DNA of 64,000 nucleotides from Myxococcota bacterium (GTDB lineage Bacteria; Myxococcota_A; SURF-8). Of the stretch, positions 59,025 through 64,000 are shown piece by piece; the stretch's first letter is position 1, and each line of letters opens with the position of its first letter. The stretch covers positions 1,952,001 to 2,016,000 of the forward strand of contig OZ223209.1 in NCBI GenBank assembly GCA_965140415.1, read 5' to 3'. Position numbers and translations under genes: made by a program. The notes beneath the pieces were generated by a model, which saw nothing but the letters and a program-made list of their open reading frames with translations, was not told where the DNA came from and made no database searches.

Positions 59025-60503
59025 TTAGAATAAGAATTGGTATCCCGCCAACAGACTCAATCCGCCATGCTCGGCGTTTGTCAATTTGAACTCTCGATTT
59101 TGAGCCGCGCCGCCAAGGTTAGGAATTTCCTTGGAATAATCCGTTTGGGAAATCATGTAGCGCGCTTTGATAAATGGTCCACCCTGCCACACGTTGAACT
59201 GAACGCCTGCCCAGAATGCAGCCGCATAGGTCCATTTTCGAATTTCGACATCGGTGATATCCAGGTTCTTGTCCACCGGTACGCTACGGGAATCGACGGA
59301 AACGTAGTTGCCGCCCACACCCAACCCGACAAAGGGCTGAACCAGTCCTTTGGTGAGGATAAACACATTCAATTCCGCCATAATGGGGATGGACATGAGA
59401 GTCAGATCCATATCGCTTTCTTCGGAAGTACCACCGCTTAGGATTTCCGAGTAGCTATACCGGGAATAGTCTACCGATATTCCCAACCGCAGGCGTTCCG
59501 ACCAGACGGGCAAAATGTAATCCGCGCTCAATCCTGCTGCAAACATGGGGCGTACGTTGGTGCTGGTGTTGTAGGCTTTTTCGATTGGATCGTAAGTTTT
59601 TAGGCTTTGAATGGCCAGATTTGCTCCCAGGCGCACTTCGATCATAACATTATTGCGACCACCTTCATCTGTCTTCGGCGCTGCGGTTTCGGTTTGGGCT
59701 GCTTCTTGCGGCAGAGGCTCCTCGACAGGCGTCATCGGAATTTCATCCACCGGTGGAGGGATGGCTTCTTCGGATTCCTCGGTCGGTTTCGGTTGGGGTT
59801 CTGCGACCGGTGCAGGAGCAGGCTCTTCCTTTTTAACCGGTTCTGGTTCTGCGACCGGCTGAGGAGCAGGTTCTTCTGTGACTGGCGCAGGTTCGGGTTG
59901 GGCTTCAACCGGGGCTGGAGCGGCAGCCGGCTCCTCCGCCGGAGTCAAAGGCACTAGCGGCACCAACGGCACAAGAGGAATCAGTTCCGGTTCCGGTTCG
60001 GCTGCGGGTGCTTCGAAAGAAAGCTGTACCCCACCTCCCAGCATCGCGTCGGGAGCAATCAGAATTCCCATACGCCAGGTTTCTTCAGGTACGTCTATGG
60101 TCCACGTTTGTGGAGGACCGGGAAGATAGTCGCTTACTCCCTCATAGCTCAACTTTCCACCTGCTTTGGCGGCAGCGGAAATTGTGGTCAGGGGGGCATT
60201 GTTTTTATAGATGGAGAACGTAACCGGTTTTGCAGCATTGGCACGATCATTGGGGGCGTAGTGTTTGATCATACCGACAATCAGTTTGCCCGGACCTGTT
60301 ACTTCGAATTGAATGGGAGCGAATGCGGAAATCAGATAGACGTCTGAAGCGGCCGCCCCATCGAGAAGACGCACCTGCTGATTGGCACTCAAAACCCTGA
60401 TTGGTTCTGCCTGAGCGTGAGCTGAGAAATTTGTGCCGAATAGCCAGAGCGTACCCGCCAACAGCAGGATCAGGGCTCTTTTAGTCTGCAAGTTCGTCTT
60501 CAT
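59025..60503 (-). CDS. Secreted protein with N-terminal beta domain, Pro/Glu-rich linker and C-terminal outer-membrane beta-barrel
   Basis: AHA signal peptide, LVPLVPLVP/PEP linker, QPFVGLGVG and terminal GYQFLF barrel signature. Confidence 0.75.
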   Translation of the reverse strand: MKTNLQTKRALILLLAGTLWLFGTNFSAHAQAEPIRVLSANQQVRLLDGAAASDVYLISAFAPIQFEVTGPGKLIVGMIKHYAPNDRANAAKPVTFSIYKNNAPLTTISAAAKAGGKLSYEGVSDYLPGPPQTWTIDVPEETWRMGILIAPDAMLGGGVQLSFEAPAAEPEPELIPLVPLVPLVPLTPAEEPAAAPAPVEAQPEPAPVTEEPAPQPVAEPEPVKKEEPAPAPVAEPQPKPTEESEEAIPPPVDEIPMTPVEEPLPQEAAQTETAAPKTDEGGRNNVMIEVRLGANLAIQSLKTYDPIEKAYNTSTNVRPMFAAGLSADYILPVWSERLRLGISVDYSRYSYSEILSGGTSEESDMDLTLMSIPIMAELNVFILTKGLVQPFVGLGVGGNYVSVDSRSVPVDKNLDITDVEIRKWTYAAAFWAGVQFNVWQGGPFIKARYMISQTDYSKEIPNLGGAAQNREFKLTNAEHGGLSLLAGYQFLF

Positions 60504-61081
60504 TCTCGTTTTACTCCCGAACAACCCAAAATTAATAATCACACACAAGAAGTGTTTCAGGGATGTGTGTATTTATGCGAAATCGCAGCAGGATCTTAAC
60601 GTAGGTCTCAAAGGGGCGTCAAGAAAAAACTCCGTAGGGAAATCAAGGCCTTTTAATGAAATCAGCATGATTTTAGCTTCTTCTGCTTTTCTTCTCCATG
60701 AATGAGAGACTACAGTGAATTTTATTTGGTGTTTTCTGTTTGTGCGAATAAAAGAATTTTCAACAAAGAAACAGGAGGGCAGAAGGTCGTTCGCAGCTTT
60801 TTTAGCATTGTCGCCTTCATTCTGTTTGAGTGAGCTTCACTCCTCATTCGGTGAGAATGGTTGGATACGGAGTCTGCTCTGCTTCACGAGTAAGGCGTTG
60901 CCATCGGCGATTCTTGTCATGGCCGATTTAGAAGTAATAGAATTGGGTGATCAAGGATGGTAAATATTGTACTTCGTGTCAATTTCTGAAAATTGGTTGC
61001 GGAAATCGGCGTCAGTTGGTATGATTCCCTGCAAATATGCGGCAGTATTCCCAAATGTTTTTATTCCCTTAGAGGTGATGA

Positions 61082-64000
61082 ATGAAGGTCACGTGCCAAA
61101 AGTGCTCTGCGCGCTTCAAAATCGATGACGCGAAAATCCCCGAGCAAGGACTGTCGATGAAATGCCCGAAATGCGCGGCTCCGATGGTCGTTCGTCTCGG
61201 AAACCCCGTCGAAACGCCAGTTGAAAGTGATCCGGTAATGCCGGATACTCCTGATGCGATAGAAGACACTGCAACGGCTCCCGCAGACGACTTGACTTCT
61301 CAAGAGGAACAAGTCTTGCCTCCGGAACCACCCGACTCACCTGAATTGGGATTTGGTGAACTGGATCTGGACACGTTGGGACAAACGCAGGCGGCACCGG
61401 ATGAACCGGATTTCGGTTTGTTGGATAATGCTCCGGATGAAAACTCCAATGTTCCAGACGAGACCGCTTTCGATTCGCCTCCCGCCATGTCTCCTCCCCC
61501 GGAAGAGGATGAGTTCTCCTTGGATATGGGCTTGGATGATATGGATGATGCATTGAGCATGGACGATCAGGAGTCTTTGCCGCCCAAGCCGGAAGAATTC
61601 GAATTGCCGGAACTCTCCACGACGACCGAGAACACGTTCGACGAAGCGATCGGTTCCTCGACGGTGGATTCATTGCAAGATGTGCTTCACGGAACGGAAC
61701 AGGCCGTTCCTTCCGCTCAAGAAGATGATTTTTCATTGGATATGCCTTCTTTATTGGAAAATGCTGCGGCGGAGTTGGAGCGCGAAATTTCCGGAGAGTT
61801 GAGTAGCGCGGAAGAATTACCGCAGCCGGAAGAAGCTTTCCCGGACGACGGGTTTAGTTTCGACGATATGTTGGGACAATCCGATTTGGTGAGTCCTGCT
61901 CAAGAGACAGGGGTGGGCGAAGCTTCAGAGGAGATTTTGCGGGAAACCGTAATCGAGCAGCCTTCATCTGAATTCGCCGAAACCATCAGCGGAATGGATG
62001 AGGACATCGCGTCCGATGGTCCCCCACTGGCTCAACCGTCCGATTTCCTTTCGGAACTGGGAGACTTCGAACAAAGCGAACAGGTCACGCTATATCAGAT
62101 CCGTCGTGATAGCGGTAAAGTATTCGGCCCGTTCCCATCCAGTACTGTGGAACAAATGATCCAGGATGGGAAATTGACTGGTTCGGAAGAAATCAGCGTT
62201 TCTGGTGGTGAATGGCAGGCGATTGAAACCATCGCCGAGTTCAGTTCCCTGCTTCCCGATCAAGCGAAGAAAGCGGGTGACAAGAAGACACGACCGGAAG
62301 AAACCAGCGCTATCGAACGTGAGAAGCAGAAGGTGCTGGAACAGCAGAGGCAGCGTCGTCGCGCGGGCTCACTGGATGTTGTCACCCCAATGAAGCAGAA
62401 TCGTTTCCGCTTGACGCCCAAGGTGATTATTCCCTTGGTTGTCGTGTTGTTGCTGTTGGTTGTAAGCGCCTACATGGAATTTGTTCAGGAAGTCAGCATT
62501 GTAGACGTATTGACTGGGCACGACGTTTCCGATTTGCCATTGGTTGAACAACTGCGCTCCAAACAGCGCAAAGTCTACGATAGTGCTGTCGAAGAGCTGG
62601 AAAAAGATAGCTATCAGGGCTTTATGAAGGCTCGCGAAATTACACAAAGTCTCTTAGCCAATCCGGATTTCAGAGGTGTTGAAGCAGTATGGGCTTTGTC
62701 TGCACGTATTGACTACGAAATCTTGATGCGTTTTTCAATTACAGCGGATCTCGTGGCCGATGCGAAAAAGGCAATGACGAATGTTGAACAGGTCAAACGT
62801 CAGGATCCTGAAATCACTTTCGCAAAAGCCGCTCAGCTTATGTACGAAAAGCAATATCCCAAAGCACGTGACCTGCTTAAAAAAGTGCTCATCGGTGACG
62901 ACACCAATCTTACCGCCCTGCATATGATTTCCGAATGTTATCTGCATCTTCCTGAAAAAGCGGAAGCGGAGAAATACCTGGCCAAAGCGGTTGCCAGCAA
63001 GCACGCCACCGTTCGCACCTATTACCTACAGGGTAGTTTGGCTATGGCGCTGAACGATTTTACGAAAGCACGTGCGGCATTCGAACAAGCCAGCAAACTT
63101 TCTCCGGAACACCTGGATACTCAGATCGAAATAGCCGGATTGAGTATGAAGGAACCGGGTGGGTTGAATAAAGCCGAGCGAGAACTGCAATCGATCCGAA
63201 GCACCTTTACTGATCGTATGAGTAAAAAGCAATTGGCTCGTTTGCATTACTATGCCGCACAGATCTACAAACAACGTAATGAACCGTACAAGGTCGTAAA
63301 AGAACTGTCTGCTGCCATCGAGAATGAGCAAGACAATTATCTGTACAATCTGATGCTCGGCGAATTCTATATGGATAAGCATGAGTATGGAAAAAGCCAG
63401 GAACAATATGGTCTCTGTTTGAAGAACAATCCTGTCGAGATCCGCTGCCACATCAAACTGGGCGAAAACCTGCTGATTCTGGAACGGGCTGATCAAGCGT
63501 TGTTCAAGTTGGAAGAAGCCGCCAAAATCGAGCCAAACAACGCACGAATTTATTTCCTGATCGGCAAAGCGCTCGAAAAGCTGTTCAAACCGGGAAAAGC
63601 GCTTGAGATGTTTGAAAAGGCAATCAAGCTGGACCCCAACGGTGTGGAGTACTACACCAGTGCGGCGATGTCTTATCTCAAGCAGGACAATCTGACTAAA
63701 GCCGGAGAGTATATCCAGAAGGCGAAACTGGTCGATGCGAACTCTCCATTGGTGCACAACTTCCTGGGGCAGATGCATCTGCATCAGAACGATGTGGACA
63801 AGGCCATCGAGGAATTCAAGCGGGCGATCGCTGTGGATCGCAACTTCATCGTTGCTCACCATCATCTGGCAGACACCTACCGAAAAATCGGTAAATATGA
63901 AGATTCCCTCAAGGAATACGAAACGGTGTTGAATCTGGATGATAAAAGCGACAAAGCCTACTATGGCAAAGGGCGCACTTATTTCCTGATGGGTGAAGTA
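61082..64000 (+). CDS. Zinc-ribbon (MJ0042-type)/acidic linker/GYF-like/TM/TPR protein, 3'-truncated; absent from the ORF track
   Basis: AGAGG RBS, MKVTCQKCSARFKIDDAKIP...KCPKC, YQIRRDSGKVFGPF...EW GYF_2-like domain, TM helix, TPRs. Same frame at the start, at ~62.1 kb and at the window end. Confidence 0.88.
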   Translation, partial: MKVTCQKCSARFKIDDAKIPEQGLSMKCPKCAAPMVVRLGNPVETPVESDPVMPDTPDAIEDTATAPADDLTSQEEQVLPPEPPDSPELGFGELDLDTLGQTQAAPDEPDFGLLDNAPDENSNVPDETAFDSPPAMSPPPEEDEFSLDMGLDDMDDALSMDDQESLPPKPEEFELPELSTTTENTFDEAIGSSTVDSLQDVLHGTEQAVPSAQEDDFSLDMPSLLENAAAELEREISGELSSAEELPQPEEAFPDDGFSFDDMLGQSDLVSPAQETGVGEASEEILRETVIEQPSSEFAETISGMDEDIASDGPPLAQPSDFLSELGDFEQSEQVTLYQIRRDSGKVFGPFPSSTVEQMIQDGKLTGSEEISVSGGEWQAIETIAEFSSLLPDQAKKAGDKKTRPEETSAIEREKQKVLEQQRQRRRAGSLDVVTPMKQNRFRLTPKVIIPLVVVLLLLVVSAYMEFVQEVSIVDVLTGHDVSDLPLVEQLRSKQRKVYDSAVEELEKDSYQGFMKAREITQSLLANPDFRGVEAVWALSARIDYEILMRFSITADLVADAKKAMTNVEQVKRQDPEITFAKAAQLMYEKQYPKARDLLKKVLIGDDTNLTALHMISECYLHLPEKAEAEKYLAKAVASKHATVRTYYLQGSLAMALNDFTKARAAFEQASKLSPEHLDTQIEIAGLSMKEPGGLNKAERELQSIRSTFTDRMSKKQLARLHYYAAQIYKQRNEPYKVVKELSAAIENEQDNYLYNLMLGEFYMDKHEYGKSQEQYGLCLKNNPVEIRCHIKLGENLLILERADQALFKLEEAAKIEPNNARIYFLIGKALEKLFKPGKALEMFEKAIKLDPNGVEYYTSAAMSYLKQDNLTKAGEYIQKAKLVDANSPLVHNFLGQMHLHQNDVDKAIEEFKRAIAVDRNFIVAHHHLADTYRKIGKYEDSLKEYETVLNLDDKSDKAYYGKGRTYFLMGEV

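Overview
Bacterial chromosomal window, mostly ~50-65% GC by eye. The gene repertoire suggests a Myxococcota/'deltaproteobacterial'-type anaerobe or facultative anaerobe (inference only). In order it carries: (1) a partial TPR gene and a TonB-dependent receptor; (2) a co-directional lipid/hydroxy-acid scavenging block (SDR, Tat-lipoprotein amidohydrolase, FadL-like barrel, Cys-rich lipoprotein, alpha/beta hydrolase, DUF2804-like, LarA-family racemase, glycerate kinase); (3) an ArsR-led operon encoding an HmcB/HybA-type Fe-S protein and an NrfD/HybB membrane protein fused to 13 CxxCH heme motifs; (4) an ELWxxDGT lipoprotein, a hybrid Cache kinase and a stand-alone gltB; (5) fxsA-lolA-GT87-ftsK-M23; (6) an MmeI-like type IIG/IIL R-M gene with a low-GC specificity segment; (7) small genes including yhbY; (8) four very Cys-rich lipoproteins; (9) a REP-bracketed low-GC cassette next to tRNA-Val(CAC) and tRNA-Arg(CCG); (10) cupin, DmpA-like peptidase, a vWA lipoprotein, a Pro-rich beta-barrel protein and a partial zinc-ribbon/GYF/TPR protein. 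Best leads: a 62-aa candidate membrane selenoprotein (in-frame UGA plus SECIS-like hairpin, 42246-42434) missing from the ORF track; two Cys-rich lipoproteins ending in a near-identical knottin-framework tail; a shared DGD motif just after the lipidated Cys of several unrelated lipoproteins; the 13-heme NrfD fusion; and the REP-bounded cassette with apparent gene fragments at both ends. No CRISPR array, transposase, integrase or rRNA was seen.
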